This document shows positions 6,167 to 12,941 of a stretch of 13,387 nucleotides of DNA, one piece after another. Both the position numbers and the translations under genes were made by a program. The stretch covers positions 1 to 13,387 of IMG/VR virus record IMGVR_UViG_3300045988_085209; one strand, given 5' to 3'. Position 1 is the stretch's first letter. Each line of letters starts with the position of its first letter. The notes under the pieces are model-generated. The model had not been told where the DNA came from. It made no database searches and saw only the letters and a list, made by a program, of their open reading frames with translations. The stretch is from a virus.

Positions 6167-7061
6167 CGGAAGCACCTCCCATCTCCGGAATTTCGCGCCA
6201 GCGAACAGACATCGATATGCCGAACATGTCATTAACCCTCTTGCAGGCGTCTTGCAGATTTTCCAGCCACATAGCGCATTTGGAATAGGTTTCGATATTG
6301 TTCGCGTTTACCTCGTCCTGGATAAGCCGCTCGCGTTTGTCGGTGTTTGCATTGGGGATGCCGATCTCGGTATCGAACATAGATTCAATCTTCCGAAGAT
6401 CCGCCAGCAGGTTGGTAACGATATAATTGCCGCCTACATTCTGCTCGAAGGATTTCCAGGTTTCCTCCCCATCGGCAGCGTTTTTAAGCCGGGAATCAAT
6501 GACAACGGCAGGCTCTCCGCTGGCGATCTGGTCGTACATCTTCTTGAGAGATTCCGCCAGGGCCTTTGTTTTTGCAGTAAACACATAGGATAGCTTACTA
6601 TTCAGAAGATTGACGGAAACGGATTGGCTCGCCAGCGCCATCTGCTCTGCATAGTGGCCCACAAGATCCAGAATGCCGGAGAAGTCTGGCTGGAGCTTCA
6701 GCAGCTCGCATTGGGCTCCGATACGCGGCTCCAGAATGCCGGTCAGCAAGGGATTTGCTATCACTGCATTAGTGGGGGCATAGAACACATCATAGCCCTT
6801 TAGGCCGCATCCCTGCGGGATCACACCGAATTTATCGGTATTGATAACCGCAACATATCCCCAGCAGTACAGCACATACAGAAAATAGTCCTTGTTCCAG
6901 GTCTCCGGCAGATCCCATTCAAACACGCTCATGGCCTTTTGAAGCAGATACTTTGTGAAATACCTGCACAGGCCGCTATCCTTTACATGAACGGTGGAGG
7001 GTGTGACCTGGGAAGTTTCTGCGTTGATGTAGTTGTAATAATAGGGCGCACCGTTAATCAA
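6132..7061 (-). CDS. Portal / upper collar connector (phi29 gp10-like), 309 aa
   Basis: The length equals phi29 gp10 (309 aa). Matching segments are FEWDLPE vs FEWENLP, IGIPNANTDKRERLIQDEVNANNIETYS vs [28 protein letters not shown], and VNDMFGISMSVRWR vs INELYGLNVKVKFR. The start is TTG 7061 with SD GGAGG (7075..7071) 9 nt upstream. No in-frame ATG occurs before residue 44. Confidence 0.9.
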   Translation of the reverse strand: MINGAPYYYNYINAETSQVTPSTVHVKDSGLCRYFTKYLLQKAMSVFEWDLPETWNKDYFLYVLYCWGYVAVINTDKFGVIPQGCGLKGYDVFYAPTNAVIANPLLTGILEPRIGAQCELLKLQPDFSGILDLVGHYAEQMALASQSVSVNLLNSKLSYVFTAKTKALAESLKKMYDQIASGEPAVVIDSRLKNAADGEETWKSFEQNVGGNYIVTNLLADLRKIESMFDTEIGIPNANTDKRERLIQDEVNANNIETYSKCAMWLENLQDACKRVNDMFGISMSVRWREIPEMGGASDDGNIEPAGAV

Positions 7062-8442
7062 AATGCATTCCTCCTTCCATGTAAGATTTGATCATGTCGA
7101 TTTCGCCGGAAGTGGCCGGGATCTGCAATTCCGTATCCACAGTTTGCAGATAGCCGGAAAGCGTGTTGATTTTCCGTCTTGCGCAGAGAGGGCGGCCCAG
7201 ACGGTCATTATCTTCTGCGGCAATCTCGAAGAACTGGCATTCCAGCTGCGGGAGATAGACAAAATCGGCCAGTGAGCCGTTAGATCCGCTGGATCTTACT
7301 TGCGGTATAGTGCTATCAATAGCATTACTGATGCCAGACAAGCCGCCAGCCAGCAGAGAAGCGCCACCGGTGGCAATCGCGGTGCCTATGGACTCCACCG
7401 CGCTAACCGCAGCGCCTTTGTAATCAACAGAGATTTGTGCGAGAGATATATCTACTCCCACCTTGCCGCGAACAATAGCAGCATAGCCGCCGCCAGTTGT
7501 AATTCTTAAAATCCCCTGCCCGGTAACCATGTCCACACTCATATTGGCATTAAATCCCCGGTCGTCACCATCCGGGAAATATGCAGAATCCAACGGAATA
7601 TCACCAAACGGCCCGAAATGAAGAATATAACGCGAATATGGCGATTTATTGAGATATAGACCCCTGGCGGATTGCGGGTGATTCGGAATAGAAAAAGTCG
7701 CTACTTTTCCAAATACAGGACTTGCCGGAATGTTGTTGCATTGGCAGGAAAGTTCCCACCATCCAAAATCGACCGTAGACCTTGCAGCGCCTTTTGGAAG
7801 CGTGAACGGAAACCACTGACAATAAACAATGTATTGCAGAGGATTGAATTGCGCTTTGAAAGTCGCGATTTCTTCCGTAGCAATGTCATATATGCTGGTG
7901 TCTCCGTATAGCTTTTGTCCGAACGCCAGAAACTGCGCAGGAGTCATAACATAATAATTTACCGCTCCCATCCCGGTTCCGGATTTTCCGACAATGCCGA
8001 CAACATACTCTCCACCGGCCAGAGTATTTGCGAATGGGTTCGCGTCAACCGGTACGGTTTGAATTGTGCATTTAGAGAGCGCCGGATACATGGTATCCTG
8101 AACATACCCATTAGACGCGCTGGCAGACCTCAACACATATTGATAAGTGTTCCCGATCTCCTCTTTCCAGCTGGCCAGCGGATCAATAGTAAGGGTCGCG
8201 GCCCACTGGCCGCGGTTAACTGTCCAATCTGCCACCCAATAGTAGCGGTTATACTCCGCTATATATGCATAGTTGGCCCCGGTAGGGTTGGCCTGTGGCC
8301 CTACATTAAGCAGGATCACAGGCCGCAGGATGCTGCACGCATCCAGCATACGGCATTCGTATTCTGCCATAGGCTCCCCGGTCGGCAGTGCGGTGCTGTT
8401 GACAGCTTTGGAGACGCTGTAAAATTTTACGGTTAGTGCCAT
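7054..8442 (-). CDS. Tail knob / distal tail tube protein (phi29 gp9-like), 462 aa
   Basis: SD AAGGAGGTG lies upstream of ATG 8442. It sits between the capsid and portal genes, as phi29 gene 9 does. A Gly/Ala/Ser-rich loop (IGTAIATGGASLLAGGLSGISNAI) precedes a C-terminal block (RLGRPLCARRKINTLSGYLQTVDTELQIPATSGEIDMIKSYMEGGMHF). This parallels the phi29 gp9 membrane-active loop and its C-terminus (KYGYKINRVKK...[34 protein letters not shown]). Confidence 0.75.
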   Translation of the reverse strand: MALTVKFYSVSKAVNSTALPTGEPMAEYECRMLDACSILRPVILLNVGPQANPTGANYAYIAEYNRYYWVADWTVNRGQWAATLTIDPLASWKEEIGNTYQYVLRSASASNGYVQDTMYPALSKCTIQTVPVDANPFANTLAGGEYVVGIVGKSGTGMGAVNYYVMTPAQFLAFGQKLYGDTSIYDIATEEIATFKAQFNPLQYIVYCQWFPFTLPKGAARSTVDFGWWELSCQCNNIPASPVFGKVATFSIPNHPQSARGLYLNKSPYSRYILHFGPFGDIPLDSAYFPDGDDRGFNANMSVDMVTGQGILRITTGGGYAAIVRGKVGVDISLAQISVDYKGAAVSAVESIGTAIATGGASLLAGGLSGISNAIDSTIPQVRSSGSNGSLADFVYLPQLECQFFEIAAEDNDRLGRPLCARRKINTLSGYLQTVDTELQIPATSGEIDMIKSYMEGGMHFD

Positions 8443-8461
8443 GCCCGCACCTCCTTATTGG

Positions 8462-9673
8462 TTAGTCAAGCAGCAGTACAACTGCCTTTTCGGTCAGGTC
8501 AGACCAGCTGCGCTGCGTCTCGTGGATCCACATGGTGGTATAACCGCCGCGGGCATTGAAAGGCGCAGGATTGGCCCACTGCTGCATGGTGGTGTATCCG
8601 AGAGCTTCCTCATCAAAGATGATGCCGAAGATTCCGGCCTGCTCCACAGCGGTATCAGGAGTAACCAGAGCGCCATCAGTGCCGATGTAGACCGGCTTCA
8701 CGCTGATGCTGTCGGGGGTTTCAATGCTCTGCCAGAAGTTTACCGTTTCATTATCCGCAAAGCGCAGGAAGTTATCGTGGTAGGTGTCCGCGATGGCCAT
8801 GGTCTCGGTCTGGAATCTTGCGGGCGCATAGAGATAGACTTTCTGACGATCCAGCGGAGTGTGGCGCAGAATATGCATTTCATTTACCACGGTCTGGAAC
8901 ATCTCGCTGCGCTCGGTCATCATGGCCGAAATGGAAGAAATCCGCGCGAACACCCACTGCATGAACGGTTTGAAATTCGCAGGCTGATAGACGCTTTGGG
9001 CAGTGAGATCGGCAAGACCGGTAAGGGTCTTATACTCGGTCAGCAGATGCACAACGCGGCCCTCCTGGGCCTCCTTGCAGATTGCCCCGATGTGGTTTGC
9101 AATGGTTGCGCGGGCGATGTTTTCACGCACCTGCTCCAGCTTGTCGGTGACATTCTGCGTTACCATTGTAATGAAGCGGCTGAACTCGTCCGGAGTAGTA
9201 AACGCGCAATCCAGCTGATCCTTATAGATGGTGTAATAGTCCTGATAGACATTTGCGCCATAGAAATTGGTTTCGAGGATCTTAGGCTTACGCTGGATCT
9301 GCTGATCAACAGCCAGACCGTCACCGTTAGGAGGGGTCTTGCCTGTGGTATATGCGACCGGGTACTGATAACGGTCGTCATTTACCAAATCGCTGTCAGC
9401 GATGGACAGCTTGCGAACGCGATTGCCATAGGTGATCTGATCCACCATGATGCCGTTAAATTTCCGGCGATAAGGACGGACAGAAAAAATGGTGCGGGAA
9501 AGTACCTGGGAAATGGCTTTCATCAGAGGATCATAGCCAGTTTTAAGCGCGGTCTGTGCGGAAGTGATAAAGCTCGCGCTATCTACAGCTGCGATAGTAG
9601 ATTTCCCGGTAGCCTGGCTCTGAATCTCGTTCAGAATCGCCGATGCCTGGGTAAAAGTAAGATCATTGGCCAT
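8462..9673 (-). CDS. Major capsid protein (phi29 gp8-like, HK97 fold expected), 403 aa
   Basis: SD AAGGAGG lies upstream, and a TAATG overlap links it to the scaffold gene. The C-terminal NARGGYTTMWIHETQRSWSDLTEKAVVL parallels phi29 gp8 [28 protein letters not shown]. Size and position after the scaffold fit a capsid protein. Complete avoidance of TTA/CTA/TCA codons suggests high expression. Confidence 0.85.
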   Translation of the reverse strand: MANDLTFTQASAILNEIQSQATGKSTIAAVDSASFITSAQTALKTGYDPLMKAISQVLSRTIFSVRPYRRKFNGIMVDQITYGNRVRKLSIADSDLVNDDRYQYPVAYTTGKTPPNGDGLAVDQQIQRKPKILETNFYGANVYQDYYTIYKDQLDCAFTTPDEFSRFITMVTQNVTDKLEQVRENIARATIANHIGAICKEAQEGRVVHLLTEYKTLTGLADLTAQSVYQPANFKPFMQWVFARISSISAMMTERSEMFQTVVNEMHILRHTPLDRQKVYLYAPARFQTETMAIADTYHDNFLRFADNETVNFWQSIETPDSISVKPVYIGTDGALVTPDTAVEQAGIFGIIFDEEALGYTTMQQWANPAPFNARGGYTTMWIHETQRSWSDLTEKAVVLLLD

Positions 9674-10029
9674 TAGGATTTAACCTCCTTAAAAGAAAAT
9701 GGTGTGCCGCTGGTTTTCTGCGGCGGATTGATAATGGATGCCAGGATATCATCAACAGATTCCTGGGGCGGCTGCTGTGCCTGCTGCAGGTTTGCCTTTA
9801 CTATCGCATCGCTCAGCTTTGCAAACTCTGCGGACAGCATTTGAGAGAGATCCTCCAGGCCCTGCGGCTTAGGCGGTGCCGGGGGATCGGCCTGCGCGGG
9901 TGGTGCAGGCGGTGCTGAGGGATCTGCCTGCGCGGGTGGTGTGGGCGGTGCTGCAGGGGCCTGCATTGCCGCGATCTGATCTCTTGTGTAGCCAGCTTTC
10001 ACCAGCAAAATGATATCCTCATAGTTCAT
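9673..10029 (-). CDS. Putative scaffolding protein, 118 aa, with a Pro/Ala-rich repeat linker
   Basis: SD AAGGAGGG lies 8 nt upstream of ATG 10029. It is a small, acidic, helical protein immediately upstream of the capsid gene and translationally coupled to it, in the position of phi29 gene 7. Confidence 0.55.
   Translation of the reverse strand: MNYEDIILLVKAGYTRDQIAAMQAPAAPPTPPAQADPSAPPAPPAQADPPAPPKPQGLEDLSQMLSAEFAKLSDAIVKANLQQAQQPPQESVDDILASIINPPQKTSGTPFSFKEVKS
9871..9957. repeat. 36-bp imperfect tandem repeat, about 2.4 copies, within the scaffold gene
   Basis: Unit 1 (9871-9906) and unit 2 (9907-9942) match at 32 of 36 positions, and a partial third unit spans 9943-9957. On the - strand it encodes APPTPPAQADPS / APPAPPAQADPP / APPKP. 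Confidence 0.85.
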
Positions 10030-10732
10030 TGATTTTGCCCTCCTTAATAATTACCGGATAGCCAATGGCGGACAGCTCATCGGCCATCTTCTGCGCGTTT
10101 TCTTTGGAGCGGAAAGCGCCAACCTGGACGCGATAAATAACATCGGTCTTTTCGGCCAGCTTTTCCGCTACTCTTGATCTGAATTTGTCCATGTTTTCCC
10201 CGAAACCAAAGAAATAGGATTCCGGATCCCCATGGTTTGAAGCATACCCTGCCGCAGCCGCTTCCTTGTGGGAGGTGATCTTGTCTACCGAAAACCCATA
10301 CTTGCGGCAAAGATCCGCGACCAGCTCAACCAGATAAGCATACCCGGTATGGAAATACTGTGCGTCCGTCATATCGCTCTCGCAGAATTCAATCTGAATA
10401 TATGCCGTAGGTGGATAATTGTAGGATCCTTTCTTTCCGGCTCCGCAGCCCCAACAGGCAATATTAAGCGGCAGAACTTCGCAAGTGGCCATGTGTCCTG
10501 CTTTATCCAGGCCAACAAAAAGATGTGGGCTTTTCTTAATTCCGGGTTGGTTCCAATGATTCCCGTACTTGTTTTCACCCAGGATATCCGGAGCGTCTAC
10601 ATAGCGCCGCAAATTGGGATTTGCTGCCCCAGTGCTATGTACCAAAATTCCGACAGGGTTAATGGGAATCTGATTTGCAGGAATGCTTAGTATTTCGTGC
10701 TTGATGTGGTGAGTGATATAGTAGTTTATCAT
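10019..10732 (-). CDS. Endolysin: N-acetylmuramoyl-L-alanine amidase domain with a C-terminal SPOR domain, 237 aa
   Basis: An ATGA overlap links it to the holin gene. The N-terminal part has amidase-type motifs (ILVHSTGAANP, ITSHKEAAAAGYASNHGDPE). The C-terminal IYRVQVGAFRSKENAQKMADELSAIGYPVIIKEG is a textbook SPOR motif (YRVQVGAF...A..L...G). Confidence 0.8.
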   Translation of the reverse strand: MINYYITHHIKHEILSIPANQIPINPVGILVHSTGAANPNLRRYVDAPDILGENKYGNHWNQPGIKKSPHLFVGLDKAGHMATCEVLPLNIACWGCGAGKKGSYNYPPTAYIQIEFCESDMTDAQYFHTGYAYLVELVADLCRKYGFSVDKITSHKEAAAAGYASNHGDPESYFFGFGENMDKFRSRVAEKLAEKTDVIYRVQVGAFRSKENAQKMADELSAIGYPVIIKEGKINEL

Positions 10733-10917
10733 TTCGGTTCCATCCTCTCCACCAGCTTCGTCATAACAACAGTATTGTTGTTAATGGCCTCTACGAATTT
10801 TTCAGATTCCAGCTTGTGATCTTCACGCTCTTTGTTAAGCATCCAGAACATGGCCACCAGACACGCAACAGGAACTCCCAGATTGCTGACGATCTGAACG
10901 ATTGCGGTTACATCCAT
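10729..10917 (-). CDS. Holin, BhlA/UviB-like, 62 aa
   Basis: SD AAGGAGG lies 8 nt upstream of ATG 10917. It has a single N-terminal TM segment (IVQIVSNLGVPVACLVAMFWML) followed by KEREDHKLESEKF and a charged helical tail, like B. subtilis BhlA (...FCWLLFYVMKTSKERESKLYNQ...). It lies immediately upstream of the endolysin. Confidence 0.8.
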   Translation of the reverse strand: MDVTAIVQIVSNLGVPVACLVAMFWMLNKEREDHKLESEKFVEAINNNTVVMTKLVERMEPK

Positions 10918-10940
10918 GAATACACCTCCTTAAATTAAGA

Positions 10941-11017
10941 ATAGAGACCCCATTCAGTCCGCTGCACGGCGGAATGGGCAGGCTTCCGGCCTTGTGCATA
11001 GCCCTTGGGGTCTCTAT
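10941..11017 (-). ncRNA. Structured ~77-nt RNA element (three-way junction) followed by a U-rich tract; leader, terminator or small RNA
   Basis: P1 is a 12-bp stem (10941-10952 with 11006-11017). Hairpin A pairs 10976-10983 with 10989-10992 plus 11001-11004 (8 bp), with a 5-nt loop and an 8-nt bulge (10993-11000). Hairpin B pairs 10959-10962 with 10969-10972 and has flanking pairs 10953/54 with 10974/73. The hairpin B loop TGCAC (10963-10967) is complementary to the bulge GTGCA (10994-10998). On the - strand the element is followed by UCUUAAUUU and then the holin SD. Confidence 0.55.
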
Positions 11018-11021
11018 GTTC

Positions 11022-11049
11022 ATTATAGCGCGATTATTTTCTTTGTCAA
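11022..11049 (-). promoter_or_regulatory. Exact-consensus sigma-A/sigma-70 promoter embedded in the 3' end of the ATPase gene
   Basis: On the - strand, TTGACA is at 11049..11044 and TATAAT at 11027..11022, with a 16-nt spacer. The TATAAT contains the ATPase stop codon TAA (11025..11023). The expected start, about 7 nt downstream, falls at the first bases of stem P1 (~11017-11014). Confidence 0.65.
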
Positions 11050-12039
11050 GTATTCTTTGACAAGATAATCCTCGCAGTATAATTCCCCACTTAGATACTT
11101 CCGCAGGATCCAGCCATATTTAAGGCGAAAGCGCTTAATATCAATATCGTCTCCGGTGTAGGTTTCCGGACTACCGGATGTGTGAAATGTGGCGTACAAT
11201 GTGCCATCGCTCTTGTGAGAATAAATACAAACTTCGCCAACTTTCACAATAGAAATATACTCCCGGAGCGGCTTGGATTGAATGTGCGCTGCATCATCCT
11301 CGCGGAAAGCATTATTTAACGCCATCTCATTAAAGCGGCTATCCTTTGCTGTAGCCTTGTAAAGCGCCGTATTTGCTTTCTGTGCACTTATGTGGCTGTC
11401 ACTTAGAATGTATATCCCAATACCGCGATCACGAAGCAGAGACATATTCTTTCCGGTCTGCTGCATCCTCATGGCCCTGCTGACAAGGCCCAATTCCATA
11501 AAGATAGGATTCCCCAGGTCGTTGGCATTTGCCAGGCACAGCGTTTGGATCGGCCTTTGGCCCTGCAATTCGCGGTTACGGTTCATTGTCTCATAAGCGT
11601 TCAGGAACGCGGCTCCCTCGTTCTTGATAGGCCGCTCATGCCGTTCCGGTATGAATTCATCAAAAATCCACAGCTGCACATCTGATGCGTCAAAGCCGCG
11701 CAGATTCGACATTGTGGAAAGGGCCGAAGCATAGCCAATTGGATCGCCGCTATCATCCGCGTAAAAGCCGGTATTATACTTGGTTATCTTCGCAGCGGTA
11801 ATATCTACACCCAGATCCCGGTTAATAGGCTTGAATGGGCTGAACTCATTCTTTGTGACAATATCTATCTGCGCCTGGGTGCGGCGCGTCAGCATGAACT
11901 TGATGTTATCCTCGACCACAACTTTCAGTGCCCCATAGGTCTTACCAGTTCCGCGTCCGCCCACCAGGAAGTTGAACGGCAGGCCCTGTGCAAGAATCCA
12001 TCGAATATCTACATAGCCGTTGGGCAAATATAAGCCCAT
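11023..12039 (-). CDS. DNA packaging (encapsidation) ATPase, phi29 gp16-like, 338 aa
   Basis: Walker A FNFLVGGRGTGKTYG matches phi29 gp16 LNFVIGARGIGKSY. Walker B LWIFDEFIPE matches TIVFDEFI. CLANAND matches CLSNA. The size is similar (phi29 gp16 is 332 aa). SD AGGAGGTG lies upstream of ATG 12039. Confidence 0.9.
   Translation of the reverse strand: MGLYLPNGYVDIRWILAQGLPFNFLVGGRGTGKTYGALKVVVEDNIKFMLTRRTQAQIDIVTKNEFSPFKPINRDLGVDITAAKITKYNTGFYADDSGDPIGYASALSTMSNLRGFDASDVQLWIFDEFIPERHERPIKNEGAAFLNAYETMNRNRELQGQRPIQTLCLANANDLGNPIFMELGLVSRAMRMQQTGKNMSLLRDRGIGIYILSDSHISAQKANTALYKATAKDSRFNEMALNNAFREDDAAHIQSKPLREYISIVKVGEVCIYSHKSDGTLYATFHTSGSPETYTGDDIDIKRFRLKYGWILRKYLSGELYCEDYLVKEYLTKKIIAL
11043..11063. 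promoter_or_regulatory. Operator-like palindrome overlapping the -35 box
   Basis: TTGTCAA (11043-11049) and TTGACAA (11057-11063) are exact 7-bp inverted repeats separated by 7 nt. One half-site contains the -35 hexamer. I found no other copy in the window. Confidence 0.4.
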
Positions 12040-12059
12040 TAAAACACCTCCTAAAGAGA

Positions 12060-12079
12060 TGGGAGCCGTTAGGCTCCCA
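12060..12079 (-). terminator. Possible intrinsic attenuator/terminator hairpin between the SSB-like and ATPase genes
   Basis: An 8-bp GC-rich stem (TGGGAGCC / GGCTCCCA) closes the tetraloop GTTA. On the - strand it is followed by UCUCUUU, a weak U-tract that runs straight into the ATPase SD. Confidence 0.35.
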
Positions 12080-12086
12080 ATGTAAA

Positions 12087-12464
12087 TTAGAACGAAGTAT
12101 CATTGTCGCTGTCAGGATCGGCCCATTCCTGGACTACAATAACAGGTGTCTTGATCTCATCTCCAGCTTTGGTCTGGAAGATCTCGAAGGTCAGGAATGC
12201 TTTTGCGATATCGATCTCGAAATTCATGCCGCCATCGGCTTCCGGGGCATCACCTTTCATAAAGCGGACATTGAAATAGAGGTTCGACCATTCACCATCG
12301 TCATTCTTGATGCCGATGGATGTGGAGAATTTTAGGAACGATGCTGGCTTCCCATTCTTATTGTAGTTCACCTCCTGCGCGTAAACGCGCATCCTGCCGG
12401 TCAAATCGCTGCTCCAGTATTTGACCTTCTCGCTCTGCTTCTTACTTTGTTTCTTAACTGCCAT
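12087..12464 (-). CDS. Putative single-stranded DNA-binding protein (OB fold) with an acidic C-terminal tail, 125 aa
   Basis: SD GGAGG lies 7 nt upstream. The beta-rich pattern FLKFSTSIGIKNDDGEWSNLYFNVRF...PVIVVQEW resembles SSB OB folds. The C-terminus DPDSDNDTSF recalls the acidic tip ending in F of bacterial SSBs (DDDIPF). Its size is similar to phi29 p5 (124 aa), and it lies in the early region. Confidence 0.55.
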   Translation of the reverse strand: MAVKKQSKKQSEKVKYWSSDLTGRMRVYAQEVNYNKNGKPASFLKFSTSIGIKNDDGEWSNLYFNVRFMKGDAPEADGGMNFEIDIAKAFLTFEIFQTKAGDEIKTPVIVVQEWADPDSDNDTSF

Positions 12465-12483
12465 GGTTAATACCTCCTATTAT

Positions 12484-12615
12484 TTAGGCCGGAAGGGCCT
12501 TATTGGCTTCATCGTACAGGCCCAGCAGATGAATATATAACCGGGCCTTGTCATAGTCTGCGGCCTTGAGGGCCTCGCAGATTTGATATTGAATGCGCCT
12601 GCGTTCTTTAGTCAT
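12484..12615 (-). CDS. Hypothetical small helical protein, 43 aa (not in the ORF track)
   Basis: An ATGA overlap links it to the upstream gene stop, and SD GGAGG lies 7 nt upstream. Product: MTKERRRIQYQICEALKAADYDKARLYIHLLGLYDEANKALPA. Stop TAA is at 12486..12484. Confidence 0.5.
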   Translation of the reverse strand: MTKERRRIQYQICEALKAADYDKARLYIHLLGLYDEANKALPA

Positions 12616-12941
12616 GTTTCTACCTCCTGCATCCAAAATTCGCGACAACAATCTACACACTTTATTACGGGTTCTTTACAGTCGCCATCACCGTCTCTGT
12701 GTGCGGCAGAAATATACCTCGGACAAAGCCGCAGCACCCCGGAATCATCAACAAGTGACTCCGGATAGTGCTCCATAAACACGCTTTGCCGCGTCTTGCG
12801 CGGGTGCGCAGCAGCCCAGTCCTCGACTTCTTTTACCACATTCTCCGCGCTAACAGTCATGCTGAATAAATTATACTTTGGGTATTTCCCTGTAACATCA
12901 AACATTCGTCTGCGCTCCTCGACAAACTTTACAGCATCCAT
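12612..12941 (-). CDS. Hypothetical Cys-rich (possibly zinc-binding) early protein, 109 aa
   Basis: The ORF-track entry starts at TTG 12944. I prefer ATG 12941, which overlaps the upstream stop as TGATG and has GAGGAGG (12955..12949) upstream. The C-terminal part carries the Cys cluster CPRYISAAHRDGDGDCKEPVIKCVDCCREFW. Confidence 0.7.
   Translation of the reverse strand: MDAVKFVEERRRMFDVTGKYPKYNLFSMTVSAENVVKEVEDWAAAHPRKTRQSVFMEHYPESLVDDSGVLRLCPRYISAAHRDGDGDCKEPVIKCVDCCREFWMQEVET

Noticed and set aside
8441-9676. A 411-aa + strand ORF spanning the whole capsid gene in antisense
   Set aside because: It is exactly codon-aligned with the - strand capsid frame. Its stops would therefore correspond to sense codons TTA, CTA and TCA, and the open frame only shows that the capsid gene avoids those three codons. 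It has no SD upstream of ATG 8441, and its product is low-complexity and Arg/Gly/His-rich.
9871-9957. The 36-bp repeats as a mini CRISPR array
   Set aside because: The units are directly adjacent with no spacers, there are only about 2.4 copies, and they lie in frame inside a coding sequence.
10941-11017. Whether the 77-nt structure is a tRNA
   Set aside because: The length fits, but there are only two internal hairpins rather than three. The closing stem is 12 bp rather than 7, and neither strand has a GTTCRA T-loop or D-loop signature.
10835-11023. A 62-aa - strand ORF covering the intergenic structured region and the holin 5' end
   Set aside because: It starts within the ATPase stop region without an SD and reads through the stem-loops. 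It overlaps the holin gene out of frame, and its product is Cys/Arg/Ser-rich. The holin ORF has a strong SD and a recognisable family pattern.
12486-12500. The AGGCC-GGAAG-GGCCT hairpin as a terminator after the 43-aa ORF
   Set aside because: The stem is only 5 bp, it lies inside the coding end of the ORF, and on the - strand it is followed by AAAUAAU rather than a U-tract.
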